DNA of 64,000 nt from an uncultured Planctomycetota bacterium (GCA_963737655.1 CAVTTN010000002.1:4960001-5024000); one strand, 5' to 3'; positions 10,464 to 21,803 are shown, counted from the first letter of the stretch. Numbers and translations: made by a program. The notes: generated by a model not told the origin, from the sequence alone.

Positions 10464-13055
10464 TCACGTCGGCGGGACGGTCGGGCCCTTGTGATTGATC
10501 TTGCCGGTGAAGGTGCCGTTGGGGAACTTCTCGCGCTGGAAGACGTTCTTGCCGAGAGTATACGTCTTGCCCGTGCCATCCTTGCTATTGGCCCGGTCGC
10601 CGACCTGGACGATATGCTTCGGATGGAAGAAGTTGTGGGTCCTCACGGCGAACGCCTTGACCGGCAGGAACTGCTTGTGGGCGGCGAAGGGGGAGAGCGG
10701 CTTGTACTTGAGCTTGACCAGGGTGCTCTCCTGGGGCACGAGCCGCTCGCCATTGGGCAGGGTGGCGTTGCCGACGCCGGGGAACCCGAAGAAGGGGGCG
10801 CTCCTCGTGGCGGGGACGCCGCCGGAGCCTCCCCCGGTGGACGAGCCGACCACGGTGACCGTCGCCGTCCCGGTGTACCGGCGGCCCGGCGTGGGGCTGG
10901 TCGCCAGGGTCCGGGCCGCCACGGTGAAGGTGGTGGTCCCGTTGGCCAGGCCCAGGAGCGACCTCGGGCTGAAGGTGAAGTACGCGTCGGGGATGCCGTC
11001 GCCGTCCTCGTCGATGTCCTGGGTCCAGGTGGTCGGGTCGGGCAAGGGGATCCCGTTGAGGGTGATGGTGGTGGGGTCGATGTCCCGGAACGGGTTGAAT
11101 CCGGGCGTGTTCGAGCCGCCGCTGAGGACGTAGACCTTCAACGCGTCGGGCGTGGTGGCGTTGATCTGGAACGGGGGCAACGGCTGGCCGACGCCGATCG
11201 GCGAAGTGATGGCCGTGGAGACCACGTTGGGAAGGGGCAGGAACGCCCCCTCCAGGCCGAAGACGCCGCCGGCGTTGACCCGCGACGAGTTCAGCCCGTA
11301 GCCCGCCGCCCCGACGATCAGGTCGCCCACGGCGTCGGCGTCGAGCGTATTGCCCTGGCCGTTGGTCACGAGCCGGCCGCTGACGGAGGTGCCCAGGAAG
11401 TTGCCCGTCCCGGCCGGCTGGCTGAGCCCGATCATCAGCCCCTGGATCGGCAGCGACTCGGTCGACGTCAGGTTGAAGGTGCCGGCGAGGTCCGGGTTGC
11501 CGGGGATCAGGTAGACCACCCCCTGCATGGCGTTCGCCCCGGGCGAGCCGATGGCGATCTCGTTGATCGTGTCGTTGTTGATCCGCCCGGTCGCCGTGAC
11601 CGAGAAACCGGCCAGGGACCCGGCCGTCGCCCCGTCGAATTCCACGTTGTTGATCGACTGGGGGATGGCGCTCAGCGGGATCGACCCGGTGATCAGGCCC
11701 GGGGTCGTCGGGGTCGCCGAACGGCCCTCGATCAGGTTGACCCGGCCGGCCAGGGCGTTGAAGCCGGGCGAGCCGATCAGGAAGTCGGCGAAGCCATCGT
11801 TGTTGAAATCCCCCGCCGAGGCGACGGAGAAGCCGGTCTGGTCGCCGACGGCGGCCCCGGTGAACACGGCCCCGGTCACCGTCGATCCCACGAGCCCGAG
11901 GTTGATCGAGCTGAAGCCGCCGACGGTGGTGGCGGCGCCGGCCAGGCTGGTCGTGGCGTAGACCAGGTACGCCTCCCCGGCGCCGACGTTGAACTGGGGC
12001 GCCCCGATCAGGAGGTCCGTCTGGGCCGTGGCGTTGACGGTCTGGCCGCCGACGTTGCCGGCCGAGGCGATCGAGTACCCGGCGGCATCCCCGCTGCCGG
12101 CCCCGGAGAAGACGATACCCGGCGTGTTGGTGGCCCCGCCCTGGCCGACGGTCGCCAGCGAGATGGTCTGGGTCCTCGCCGGCCTCAGGGTCACCCCCGA
12201 GATCACGTACACCGCCCCGCTCCCGGGCAGGGCGTTGACCGTGGCGTTCGGGGCGCCGATGGCGATATCCGGCAGGCCGTCGGCCAGGATGTCCCCGGCC
12301 GAGGCCACGGACCGGCCGACCGCGCCGTTGGCGACGGTGTTCGTGAATGTCAGGATGTTCAGGTCGGTGTTGGCCGTGGGGTTGTCGAAGTCCACCTGCT
12401 TGTTCGCGCGGGCGGACAGCGCCGGTCCTCCGTAGACGAGATAGGCGCGTCCGGCGGCGTTGGCCGCCCCGCTGGCGTCGTTGGCCCCCGGGGCCCCGAT
12501 CAGGAAGTCCGCGTAGCCGTCGCCGTTGATGTCGCCGAGCGCGGCCACCGAGGCCCCGATCGCCGAGGTCGCGTTCTGGCTCGTCAGGAACGTCAGCCCG
12601 TTGTACGACAGGCCGGGCGTGCCGTTGACCGGGTTATTCTGGGTGGGGTTGCCGAGCGAGAGGAGGTCGCCGGTCCTCTGCTGGGCCGTCAGGGTCCGGA
12701 AGTCGATGGTCTGGGCGTTGACCTGGGCCGACCCGAAGACCAGATAGGCCCGCCCGGCCGATCCGCTGCCCAGGACCAGGCTGCCGCCGCTGCGGATGAT
12801 GGACGGGGCGCCGATCAGGAAGTCGTCGAATCCGTCGCCGTTGACGTCGCCGACCTCCGCCACGGAGAACCCGGCCCCGCCGTTATTGTTGCCGCCGGCC
12901 TCCAGGACGCCATAGGGGCCGGGTCCGGCGGCGGTGTCATTGCCGGGATAGTTGGTGAGGTCGATGGCCAGGAGTTGCCTCGCCTCGAGCCGCTCGCCCC
13001 GGGGGCGGAAGCCGGTCCGCCGTTGCTTGCCTAGTCCGTCAGTGCCTGACCGCAT
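10464..13055 (-). CDS. FG-GAP (integrin-alpha-like) repeat extracellular protein with planctomycete leader
   Basis: Repeated GDxNGDGxxDxLIGAP units; leader RRTGFRPRGERLEARQLLA; strong AGGAGG upstream of ATG 13055. Confidence 0.88.
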   Translation of the reverse strand: MRSGTDGLGKQRRTGFRPRGERLEARQLLAIDLTNYPGNDTAAGPGPYGVLEAGGNNNGGAGFSVAEVGDVNGDGFDDFLIGAPSIIRSGGSLVLGSGSAGRAYLVFGSAQVNAQTIDFRTLTAQQRTGDLLSLGNPTQNNPVNGTPGLSYNGLTFLTSQNATSAIGASVAALGDINGDGYADFLIGAPGANDASGAANAAGRAYLVYGGPALSARANKQVDFDNPTANTDLNILTFTNTVANGAVGRSVASAGDILADGLPDIAIGAPNATVNALPGSGAVYVISGVTLRPARTQTISLATVGQGGATNTPGIVFSGAGSGDAAGYSIASAGNVGGQTVNATAQTDLLIGAPQFNVGAGEAYLVYATTSLAGAATTVGGFSSINLGLVGSTVTGAVFTGAAVGDQTGFSVASAGDFNNDGFADFLIGSPGFNALAGRVNLIEGRSATPTTPGLITGSIPLSAIPQSINNVEFDGATAGSLAGFSVTATGRINNDTINEIAIGSPGANAMQGVVYLIPGNPDLAGTFNLTSTESLPIQGLMIGLSQPAGTGNFLGTSVSGRLVTNGQGNTLDADAVGDLIVGAAGYGLNSSRVNAGGVFGLEGAFLPLPNVVSTAITSPIGVGQPLPPFQINATTPDALKVYVLSGGSNTPGFNPFRDIDPTTITLNGIPLPDPTTWTQDIDEDGDGIPDAYFTFSPRSLLGLANGTTTFTVAARTLATSPTPGRRYTGTATVTVVGSSTGGGSGGVPATRSAPFFGFPGVGNATLPNGERLVPQESTLVKLKYKPLSPFAAHKQFLPVKAFAVRTHNFFHPKHIVQVGDRANSKDGTGKTYTLGKNVFQREKFPNGTFTGKINHKGPTVPPT

Positions 13056-13467
13056 GGGAGACTCCCTCCTCCTTAGGCAGACGACGCGCGTCCGACGCAC
13101 GCCCCGGAACCGGACCCGGGCGGTGGTCTCGCCCCGGTGCCTCGCGACCCTTCGACCGCTTCGGGGAGGCGCCCGACGGGCGGGGCCCTCCCCGTGACCC
13201 TGGCTTTTTCGGCCCCCCGGCACGGCCGAATCCACCCAAACCCTTGCGACTGGCCGGGAAACAACCGTGCCGGGCCGTCGCTTTCGAATTAACCCTCATT
13301 CCCGTCACGACCGATACCTAGGGCACACGGTCATCCGTCCGCATCTTCCCGCCCGCGCCGACCCGGCGACCCCGGGGCGGGGAGATTGGTAATAGGCCCG
13401 TCCCGGCATCGCCGCCGAGTGCGACGCCCGCCCGGTCGGGGATGGTCCGAGTCAGGAGGACTCGCCG

Positions 13468-16332
13468 ATGTCTCGCCCGCTGCCCGCCCCCCGTCGCCTC
13501 TGCCCCCGCCCCCTCCGCGTCGCCCTGGCGGCGCTGGCCCTGGGGCTGGCGACCGCCCCGAATTTCGGCTGCGGGCGCGAGTTCTTCCGCCAATGGGCCG
13601 ACCAGGACGTCTCCGAGGCCGTCTTCGAGAAGTCCCGAGACCCCCGATGGCGGCTCGACCTCTTCTCGATCGAGCCCCCCGCCCTCGCCCGGTTCGCCGA
13701 CCCCTACGACGTCGATCGGCCCCCCGCGCCGCCCGACGACCACGCCACCGAGGCCCTCGCCCCCACCCCTCAGTGGCCGCAATATCGCCTGATGATGCCC
13801 CTGGAAGGGACCGGCTACCTCGACCAGTTGGCCAAGGGCCGGCGGTACGACGCCCCGCCGCCCGAGCCGGCCGAGCCCAACAGCGAGGCCCCGGCCTACC
13901 CGGCCACTCCACCCGGGGCCCCGCCGCCCCCGGCCCCCGACGGCGCCTCGCCGTTCATCCCTCCGGGGAATTCCGGGACGGGCGCGCCCGGGATGTCGCC
14001 GAATTCACCGTCGGCACCGCCCTCGGTCCCGCCGACGCCGTCCTCCTCTCCTCCCCAAGCCCGAACCTCGCCGAAGGATAAGGGCGTGCTCCTCACCGCC
14101 TTCCAGGTCCCGTCGCCCAACCCGAACCCGCCGGCCGCCCCGGGCCTGCCGGTCCGGCCCGGCGACCCCCAGACCTCGGGCACGCCCTCGATCCCTCCGG
14201 CCCCGACGACCCCCGCCCTGCCCGTGAACCCCGCCGCGCCCAATACCAGCGACCTGGTCGCCCCCGGCGGAGGCCCCGGCACGGCCCCCCCGAGGCGGCC
14301 GGCCGGCGAGCGGATCGGCGGGACCCAGACCGACCTCGACCCCCAGCCCAATGAGAACGCCAACATGGGGACGGGGGTCCGCCGCGGCGACCTGAGCCCG
14401 GAGGAACGCAAGGCCGCCGTCTCGGGCTCGGCCGGCTTCGCCGCCCTGCTGACCCCGGGCGTCCTGGACTTCAACGAGGCCCTGGCCTCCGGCTACCCGG
14501 CCGATAGCCGGCCCTACATCGTCGGCCCGGCCGAGGCCCTCCAGCTCGCCCTGACCAACAGCCGGGCCTATCAGTACCGCCTGGAGAACCTGTACCTCAC
14601 CTCCCTGACCTTGACCCTCTCCCGGTTCCAGTTCACCCCGCAGTTCTACGCCGGCCTCAGCCCGACGACCTCGCCGACGTTCCCCCGCGGCACGATCGTC
14701 CAGAGCTTCCCGAACTCCTTCGCCTACCGGACCAAGGAAGCCCAGGGCGGCCAGGCCTCGACCCTCAGCCTCGGCACGGCCGTCGGCTTCGGCAAGCTCC
14801 TCTCCTTCGGCGGGACCGTCGCCGGCGGCTTCGCCAACCAGATGGTCTTCAACTTCCTCGCCAAGAACCCGAGGCAGCCGACCGTCGCCTCGTACCTGCC
14901 CCTGAACGTGGTGATCCCGTTCCTCAGCGGCGGGGGCCGGGCGGTGACCCTGGAGGGGCTGACCCAGGCCGAGCGGAACCTCGTGTACGAGGCCCGCAAC
15001 CTCGCCCGGTTCCGCCAGGATTTCGTCCCGTACATCCTGACCAGCACCAACAACGTCGATATCACCGGCGGCACCGGCCCCAACGCGACGGACCCGAACA
15101 TCGGCTACCTCAACGTCCTCCTCCAGCTCCAGGACGTGGAGAACGACCGCCGGACGGTCGCCGCGTATGAGCGGGTGCTCAAGCTGTACCTGGAGTACGT
15201 CAAGGGGTCGGCCAGCTCGGGCATCTCGCAGATCCAGGTGGACCAGGTGGCCCAGAGCCTCCAGGCCCGCCGCCAGACGCTCCTGTCCGACGAGCTCCAG
15301 TACCGCCAGGTCATCGACCAGTTCAAGTACCAGCTCGGCCTGCCGCCGGACGTCCAGATGATCCTGGACCGCAGCCCGATCGGCCCGTTCCGCGACGTCT
15401 TCAACAAGCTGGAGGAATGGTCCGCCCGCGACGACCACGACCCGGCCGACCTGCCCGGGATCATCGACGGCCTGCCGAAGCTGGAGACGATCGTCCTCGA
15501 CGGCCGGAACCTCTTCGAGTACCGCAAGACCGGCGACGAGGTGAAGCTGATCCCGGTCTATGCCGAGGCCGAACGGCTCCAGGACTTCCTCCTGACCTGC
15601 GAGCGGATCGCCCTGGAGAACCGCCTGGACCTCATGAACACCCGGGCCCAGCTCTACGACGCCTGGCGACAGATCGCGGTGCAGGCCAATGGGTTGCGCG
15701 GGATCTTCAACGTCTCTTTGACCAACACCTACACCACCCCGCCGACGACCAACAACCCCTTCGGCTTCCTCGACCAGGCCAAGCAGTTCAACCTGATCCT
15801 CAACACCGAGCTGCCGTTGATCCGGGTCTCCCAGCGGAACGGGTTCCGCCAGGCGCTGATCACCTACCGGCAACAGCAGCGCGTCCTGATGAATCGGGAG
15901 GACGCAATCAAGTATCAGGTTCGCAGCGAGGTCTACAATCTGATACAGTTGGCGGAGACGTTCGAGCTCCAGAAGCCGAACCTGTTCTACACGATCCGCC
16001 AGCGGGACAACACCCTCCAGTCGATCATCGCCCCGCCCGCCTCGATCGACGCCAGCGGCAGCAACGCCGCCAATCAGGCGACCCAGACCAACAACCTGAT
16101 CACCTCGATCACGAACATCCTGACCATCCAGAACAGCCTGCTGCAGACCTGGGTGTCATTCCAGACTCAACGTCTGTCCCTCTACCGTGACCTCGGCTTG
16201 ATGCCCTACGATGAATGGGAGGCCTTCTATGAATTTTTCCCTTCAAACAACGCCGGGGGAGGCCAGCCCGCCCCCCGCGACGGCCGATCTGCCGGCGGCG
16301 GAGCGGCCCTCGCCCCGGAAGCGGGGCGGTAA
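13468..16332 (+). CDS. Planctomycete-type TolC/outer-membrane efflux lipoprotein
   Basis: Lipobox-like NFGC, Pro-rich linker, EALQLALTNSR, LTQAERNLVY and ALENRLDLMN motifs; first gene of the MFP-ABC cluster. Confidence 0.75.
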   Translation: MSRPLPAPRRLCPRPLRVALAALALGLATAPNFGCGREFFRQWADQDVSEAVFEKSRDPRWRLDLFSIEPPALARFADPYDVDRPPAPPDDHATEALAPTPQWPQYRLMMPLEGTGYLDQLAKGRRYDAPPPEPAEPNSEAPAYPATPPGAPPPPAPDGASPFIPPGNSGTGAPGMSPNSPSAPPSVPPTPSSSPPQARTSPKDKGVLLTAFQVPSPNPNPPAAPGLPVRPGDPQTSGTPSIPPAPTTPALPVNPAAPNTSDLVAPGGGPGTAPPRRPAGERIGGTQTDLDPQPNENANMGTGVRRGDLSPEERKAAVSGSAGFAALLTPGVLDFNEALASGYPADSRPYIVGPAEALQLALTNSRAYQYRLENLYLTSLTLTLSRFQFTPQFYAGLSPTTSPTFPRGTIVQSFPNSFAYRTKEAQGGQASTLSLGTAVGFGKLLSFGGTVAGGFANQMVFNFLAKNPRQPTVASYLPLNVVIPFLSGGGRAVTLEGLTQAERNLVYEARNLARFRQDFVPYILTSTNNVDITGGTGPNATDPNIGYLNVLLQLQDVENDRRTVAAYERVLKLYLEYVKGSASSGISQIQVDQVAQSLQARRQTLLSDELQYRQVIDQFKYQLGLPPDVQMILDRSPIGPFRDVFNKLEEWSARDDHDPADLPGIIDGLPKLETIVLDGRNLFEYRKTGDEVKLIPVYAEAERLQDFLLTCERIALENRLDLMNTRAQLYDAWRQIAVQANGLRGIFNVSLTNTYTTPPTTNNPFGFLDQAKQFNLILNTELPLIRVSQRNGFRQALITYRQQQRVLMNREDAIKYQVRSEVYNLIQLAETFELQKPNLFYTIRQRDNTLQSIIAPPASIDASGSNAANQATQTNNLITSITNILTIQNSLLQTWVSFQTQRLSLYRDLGLMPYDEWEAFYEFFPSNNAGGGQPAPRDGRSAGGGAALAPEAGR

Positions 16333-18241
16333 GGGCAAGCTGCCGATGATCCTGCTCGGCCTCCTGGTCGGGGGGGCGGTCGTCGTCGCGGCGACCGTCC
16401 CGGGGGTCAAGACCACCTTCGCCGGCCTCTGGAAGTCGCCCACCTCCCAGATCGTCCGCTACAAGGTCACGGCCCAGAAGCTGCCGGTCACCGTCGTCGA
16501 GCGCGGCAACCTCGAGAGCGCCAACAACGCCGACGTGATCAACAAGGTCGAAGGCCAGACGACCATCATCTTCATCAAGCCCGAGGGGTCGCAGGTCACC
16601 AAGGGGGAGCTCGTCGCCGAGCTCGACTCCGCCTCGCTCCGGGACAACCTGATCACCCAGGAAATCTCCACCCGGCGGGCCGACGCCGACTATCAGAACG
16701 CCGTGAAGACCCGCGAGGTCGCCGAGATCGGCGTCCAGGAATACCTCAAGGGCACCTATCCCCAGCAGGAACAGCAGATCCAGGGCGACATCAAGCTCGC
16801 CGAGTCCGACCTGGCCCGCGCCAAGGACCGCTACGACTGGTCCAGCCGGATGTTCGACATCAAGTACGTCTCCGAGTCGCAGAAGATCGCCGACAAGATG
16901 TCCCTGCAGAAGGCCGAGATCTCCCTGACCAACTCCCGGACGAAGATGAACGTCCTCCAGCAGTTCACCCGGCTGAAGGACGTGACCGAGCTGGAGGCCA
17001 ACGTCAAGAAGGCCAAGTCCGACGAGCTCGCCAAGGAGTCCACGCTCTCCCTGGAGAAGACCAAGGAAGCCAAGCTCCGCAAGCAGATCGAGGAATGCAA
17101 GCTCTTCGCCCCCGGAGACGGCCTGGTCGTCTACGCCAACGACAACAACCAGATGCGCGGCAACAACGCGCCGACGATCGAGGAAGGGGCCTCCGTCCGC
17201 GAGCGGCAGAAGATCTTCAGCCTGCCGGACATCACGAAGATGAGGGTCAACACCAAGGTCCACGAGTCGATGATCAACCAGGTGGCCCGGGGCCTGAAGG
17301 CCAACATCAAGGTGGACGGCCTGCCCAACCTCCGGCTCTTCGGCACGGTCCAGTCCGTCCAGCCCCTGCCCGATCCGGGGAGCTGGATGAGCTCGGACGT
17401 GAAGATGTACACCACCCTGGTCTCGGTCGATGGCCACAACTCGCTCCTCCGGCCCGGGATGACCGCCCAGGTCGAGATCCTGATCGCCGAGCTCCCCGAG
17501 ACCACGCTCGCCGTCCCCGTCCAGTCGATCCTCCAGGCCGAGGGCAAGGACTACGTCTTCGTGATGGGCGCCGACGGCAAGTACGAGAAGCGCGAGATCG
17601 AGACCGGGGTGAACAACCAGAAGCTCGTCGAGATCAAGAAGGGGCTGAAGGCCGGCGAGGAGGTGGCGATGAACTGGAGCCTCCTGCTGACCGAGGAGCA
17701 GAAGAACGCCCTGTTCAACAACTCGAAGAACTCGGGCAAGGCCGGGACCGACTGGAACGCCATCCCCGGCAAGAACCCGACGACCGCCCCCGTGGCCGAC
17801 GCCAAGGGCAAGGCCGGGGCCGCCGGCGGGCCGGGAGCCGGAGGCGGCGAGCCGGGCAAGGCCCAGGTCAAGGGCGCCCGCGGCCAGTTCAAGATGTTCC
17901 CCGACGACCCGGCGCTCCAGGCCAAGGTCGACAAGATCCCCCGCGAAGATCGCATGAAGCTCCGCCAGGCCACCGAGGAGGAGAAGTCCGAGATCTTCAA
18001 GAAGGCCGGACTGAGTGAAGACGAGGTCAAGAAATACCAGGACGCCGCCGCGGCGATGATGGAACGGATGCGCGCCATGGGCGGCGCCGGCGGGCCGGGC
18101 GGCGGCGGGTTCGGAGGTGGCGGACCCGGCGGCGGTGGCCCCGGCGGTGGCGGCGGGTTCGGAGGTGGCGGACCCGGCGGCGGTGGCGGGTTCGGCGGCG
18201 GTGGCCAGGGCGGACCTGGCGGAGGAGGGCCCCCCCGGTGA
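16211..18241 (+). CDS. Efflux membrane-fusion (periplasmic adaptor) protein with Gly-rich tail
   Basis: TM anchor, EGSQVTKGELVAELD, LFAPGDGLVVY and LRPGMTAQVEI. Start could be 16211, 16229 or 16346. Confidence 0.88.
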   Translation: MNGRPSMNFSLQTTPGEASPPPATADLPAAERPSPRKRGGKGKLPMILLGLLVGGAVVVAATVPGVKTTFAGLWKSPTSQIVRYKVTAQKLPVTVVERGNLESANNADVINKVEGQTTIIFIKPEGSQVTKGELVAELDSASLRDNLITQEISTRRADADYQNAVKTREVAEIGVQEYLKGTYPQQEQQIQGDIKLAESDLARAKDRYDWSSRMFDIKYVSESQKIADKMSLQKAEISLTNSRTKMNVLQQFTRLKDVTELEANVKKAKSDELAKESTLSLEKTKEAKLRKQIEECKLFAPGDGLVVYANDNNQMRGNNAPTIEEGASVRERQKIFSLPDITKMRVNTKVHESMINQVARGLKANIKVDGLPNLRLFGTVQSVQPLPDPGSWMSSDVKMYTTLVSVDGHNSLLRPGMTAQVEILIAELPETTLAVPVQSILQAEGKDYVFVMGADGKYEKREIETGVNNQKLVEIKKGLKAGEEVAMNWSLLLTEEQKNALFNNSKNSGKAGTDWNAIPGKNPTTAPVADAKGKAGAAGGPGAGGGEPGKAQVKGARGQFKMFPDDPALQAKVDKIPREDRMKLRQATEEEKSEIFKKAGLSEDEVKKYQDAAAAMMERMRAMGGAGGPGGGGFGGGGPGGGGPGGGGGFGGGGPGGGGGFGGGGQGGPGGGGPPR

Positions 18242-19008
18242 TCGCTTCCGGCAAGCCGATCGTCCGACTCGTGGACGTCAAGAAGACCTACATCATGGGC
18301 CACTCCCCCTCGCGGGGAGGGCCCAAGGAAATGGTCACGGTCCACGCCCTCCGGGGCGTGTCCGTCAACATCATGCAGGGCGAATACGTCGCCATCATGG
18401 GCCAGTCCGGCTCCGGCAAGAGCACCATGCTCAACCTGCTCGGGTGCCTGGACCGGCCCACCAGCGGCCAGTACCACCTGGGAGACCAGGACGTCGCCCG
18501 GCTCGACGACGACGAGCTCAGCGAGGTCCGAAGCCGCTACATCGGCTTCATCTTCCAGTCCTACAACCTGATCCAGCAATACACCGTGGTGGAGAACATC
18601 CAGCTCCCCCTGACGTATCAAGGATCGGGCCAGATCTCCGACGAGGACCAGGAACGCACCTTCGAGCTGGCCCGGCTCGTCGGCCTGGATACCCGCCTGG
18701 GCCACCGCCCCAACCAGCTCTCCGGCGGCCAGCAGCAGCGCGTGGCGATCGCCCGGAGCCTGATCAACGACCCCTACATCATCCTGGCCGACGAGGCGAC
18801 GGGCAACCTCGACTCCGCCACCAGCCAGGAGATCATGGTCATGCTCGGCAAGCTCAACGACGCGGGCAAGACCATCATCATGGTCACCCACGAAGACGAC
18901 ATCGCCGCGTATGCCAAGCGGGTCATCAAGATGAGGGACGGCGTGATCATCGAGGACGGCCCGAGCCCGAGGATGCTCGCCGCCGCCGGGATGGCCGCCG
19001 CCTCCTGA
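18238..19008 (+). CDS. ABC transporter ATP-binding protein (MacB/LolD-like)
   Basis: [27 protein letters not shown] and VTHE motifs. Confidence 0.95.
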   Translation: MIASGKPIVRLVDVKKTYIMGHSPSRGGPKEMVTVHALRGVSVNIMQGEYVAIMGQSGSGKSTMLNLLGCLDRPTSGQYHLGDQDVARLDDDELSEVRSRYIGFIFQSYNLIQQYTVVENIQLPLTYQGSGQISDEDQERTFELARLVGLDTRLGHRPNQLSGGQQQRVAIARSLINDPYIILADEATGNLDSATSQEIMVMLGKLNDAGKTIIMVTHEDDIAAYAKRVIKMRDGVIIEDGPSPRMLAAAGMAAAS

Positions 19009-19086
19009 TCCGTCGCCGAGCGAGCCCGATCGACCCTCCCCACCCCTTCCCTTCCCTCGCCGCCTCTCCCGGAGAGCCCGACCGCC

Positions 19087-20382
19087 ATGGGACGCTTCGT
19101 CCGCAGCGTGAAACTCGGCATGAAGAGCCTGATGCTCCACAAGCTCCGCTCGGGGCTGACGGTCCTGGGGATCGTCTTCGGCGTGGCGGCCGTGATCGCG
19201 ATGCTGGCCATCGGCGAGGGGGCCAGCCGCGACGCCCAGGAGCGCTATCAGGCCCTCGGCGCCGTCAACATCATCGTCAAGTCCCAGAAACCGACCGAGG
19301 AGAGCCAGGCCGCCGGAGGGCGGCCGGCCCGAATCCTCAACTACGGGCTGAAGTACGAGGACCTCGACCGACTCCTGACCACCATCCCCGGGATCCAGAA
19401 GGCCCTGTCGATCCGGGAGATCCCCAACAAAGAAGTCCGGCGGCTCCAGTACAAGATCGACGCCCGGGTCGTGGGCACCACCCGCGACTACGCCGACTTC
19501 AACCACCTGACGATGGCCCAAGGGCGATTCCTCTCGGCCACCGACGACGACAAGATCGAGAACTTCTGCGTCCTCGGGGCCGAGGTCGCCTCCACCCTCT
19601 TCCCCTACGAGAACCCCCTGGAAGACGAGCGGGGGAACGCCCGGGCCGTGAAGATCGGCTCGGATTATTACGTCGTGATCGGCGTGACCAAGGACCGCGA
19701 CCCCTCCGCCTCGATCGGCAGCAGCCTGGTCGGCCACGACTACAACCGCGACGTCTACATCCCCATGAGCACGTGCAAGTCGCGGATGGGCGAGAAGATC
19801 CTCGACTTCCGCTCGGGCTCGATGTCCGCCGAGGAGATCCAGCTCAGCCAGATCACCCTCCAGTTCGAGAACACCGACGAGGTCGAGAAGCACGACTCGA
19901 TCGTGCGGAAGACCATCGAGCCGTTCCACCCGAAGAAGGACGTGCAGTTCACCGTCCCCCTGGAGCTGATCAACGAGGCGAAGCGTTCGGCCCGGATCTT
20001 CAGCATCGTCCTGGGGGCGATCGCGGCGATCTCCCTGATCGTCGGCGGGATCGGGATCATGAACATCATGCTGGCGACGGTGACCGAGAGGACCCGGGAG
20101 ATCGGCATCCGCCGCGCCCTGGGGGCCAAGCGGCGGGACATCACCGAGCAATTCCTGATCGAGTCGGTGGTGCTCTCCGGGGTGGGCGGCCTCCTCGGCG
20201 TGATCCTGGGCGTCGGCGTCCCGTACATCATCGTGTACTTCGCCAGCATGAAGGCGTTCGTGACGACCAGCTCGGTCTTGCTGTCGTTCGGGATCTCGGT
20301 GGCGATCGGCGTGCTCTTCGGCCTGTACCCGGCGACCCGGGCGGCGAAGATGGACCCGATCGAGGCCCTCCGCCACGAATGA
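19087..20382 (+). CDS. ABC transporter permease (MacB/FtsX-like)
   Basis: RSGLTVLGIVFG, GGIGIMNIML, ERTREIGIRRALGA and DPIEALRHE motifs. Confidence 0.95.
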   Translation: MGRFVRSVKLGMKSLMLHKLRSGLTVLGIVFGVAAVIAMLAIGEGASRDAQERYQALGAVNIIVKSQKPTEESQAAGGRPARILNYGLKYEDLDRLLTTIPGIQKALSIREIPNKEVRRLQYKIDARVVGTTRDYADFNHLTMAQGRFLSATDDDKIENFCVLGAEVASTLFPYENPLEDERGNARAVKIGSDYYVVIGVTKDRDPSASIGSSLVGHDYNRDVYIPMSTCKSRMGEKILDFRSGSMSAEEIQLSQITLQFENTDEVEKHDSIVRKTIEPFHPKKDVQFTVPLELINEAKRSARIFSIVLGAIAAISLIVGGIGIMNIMLATVTERTREIGIRRALGAKRRDITEQFLIESVVLSGVGGLLGVILGVGVPYIIVYFASMKAFVTTSSVLLSFGISVAIGVLFGLYPATRAAKMDPIEALRHE

Positions 20383-20436
20383 CGGCCCCGGGCCCGGCCC
20401 GGCCCGCCCCGGCGATCCATCGGCGGGGGCTTGGGC

Positions 20437-20465
20437 TTGCGTCGGCCCGACGCGGCGACTAGGCT
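20437..20465 (+). promoter_or_regulatory. Possible sigma70 promoter upstream of greA
   Basis: TTGCGT-N17-TAGGCT. Confidence 0.3.
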
Positions 20466-20665
20466 TAGAACCAGAATGACCGCGGCCCGGGCGAAGGCGC
20501 CCGGAGTCGCGGTGTTTGCTTAGAATGTCCGACCGAGGTCCTGTCCGTCCCCTGATCGCCTCCGGATCGCGAACACGGGAGCCCCCCGAGAGAGAGGCCG
20601 GACCCGCCCCCAGACCCCCGGTTCCGGGCCGTCGGCGGCGTCCCTTGAGTTTGGAGCAGAACGGC

Positions 20666-21145
20666 ATGTCCAGCGATCGCATCCCCATGTCCAAGGAAGG
20701 CTATGACAAGCTCAAGGCGCAGCTCGACGAGATGAAGAACGAGGACATGCCTCGGATCGCCGAGCAGATCGCCCAGGCCCGCGCCTTCGGCGACCTCTCG
20801 GAGAACGCGGAGTACGACGCCGCGAGAGAGGCCCAGGGGATGCTCCAGGCCCGGATCAACGACCTCCAGGACAAGCTCGCCCGGGGCATGATCGTCGATC
20901 GCTCCAACCTGCCCACCGACCGCGTCGTCTTCGGCTCGAAGGTCCGCGTCCTGGACCTCGACCTGGACGACGAGGAGGACTTCATCCTCGTCGGCCCCGG
21001 CGAGGAGGATTACGACCAGAACAAGATCCTCCTGACCAGCCCGATCGGCCAGGGCCTCGTCGGCAAGAAGGTCGGGGAGGTGGCCGAGATCGCCGTCCCC
21101 CGAGGGACGCTCAAGCTCCGGATCCTCGAGATCGGCGTCGCCTGA
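20666..21145 (+). CDS. greA: Transcription elongation factor GreA
   Basis: [18 protein letters not shown] and SPIGQGL motifs. Confidence 0.95.
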   Translation: MSSDRIPMSKEGYDKLKAQLDEMKNEDMPRIAEQIAQARAFGDLSENAEYDAAREAQGMLQARINDLQDKLARGMIVDRSNLPTDRVVFGSKVRVLDLDLDDEEDFILVGPGEEDYDQNKILLTSPIGQGLVGKKVGEVAEIAVPRGTLKLRILEIGVA

Positions 21146-21803
21146 CCCTCCCGAACTTCCCCTCGCCTCGCGCCGCCTCGGGCCCCCGGCCCGACGCCAG
21201 CCGAGGTCCGCTCCCGGCCCGACCCGGCTTCCCCCCCATTCGACGCTCCGCCCGGGCCCTCGCTCGTCGGGGACCGGCCCCAGGGACTCGAAGTCCCGTC
21301 CCCCCGTCGTGAGGGGCGCTGCGGAGACGGCTCGCGCCCGCCCCGGGTCGGTCCGGCGTCCGGTCGATTGGACATATTCCGCGAATCGTCCTAAACCTGG
21401 GATGTCCGGTCGCTTAAGCCTGGCCTCGCCGACGGGTCGCCGAACCTCCGCGCCTCGAACCTCCGCCGGAGGCCGAGTCGGACACGGCGCCGCCCGGATT
21501 CCCTTCGCGAGTTGACCGAGGCCCCCGGATGTCATAAGTCCCAAGAGCAGAGCGGCCGAGTGCCGCGCGAAGAGGCGCGGGACGCGCCCGGCTCGGTCGC
21601 GGATTCTCGCGGACCGGGTCGGTCGGTCAGTCGGGCATGGTGGCCCCGATCTCGCCGGATCGATCCGCCATCGAGAGCGGCTCCGCCTCGTTTCGCGCCG
21701 GGTTTCCCGCCGGCGCCGGGACCCGGCGCGCGCGGCCCTCGACCTCGGCCCCATCGCTAGCGGGCGCCGTTGACGCACACCCCCTACCGAGGTCTGAATC
21801 ATC

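Noticed and set aside
13200..13280. c-di-GMP riboswitch or sigma54 promoter upstream of the FG-GAP gene
   Set aside because: There is only a 9-bp inverted repeat (CCGGCACGG / CCGTGCCGG) and a GGCACG-N4-TTTC lacking the -12 GC; the riboswitch consensus is not met.
18080..18235. GGC-rich tandem repeats (likewise 48050-48150 and 43020-43620)
   Set aside because: Explained by low-complexity or repeat protein coding (GGGFGGGGP, GGQPSQMM, NHL repeats); they are not independent DNA elements.
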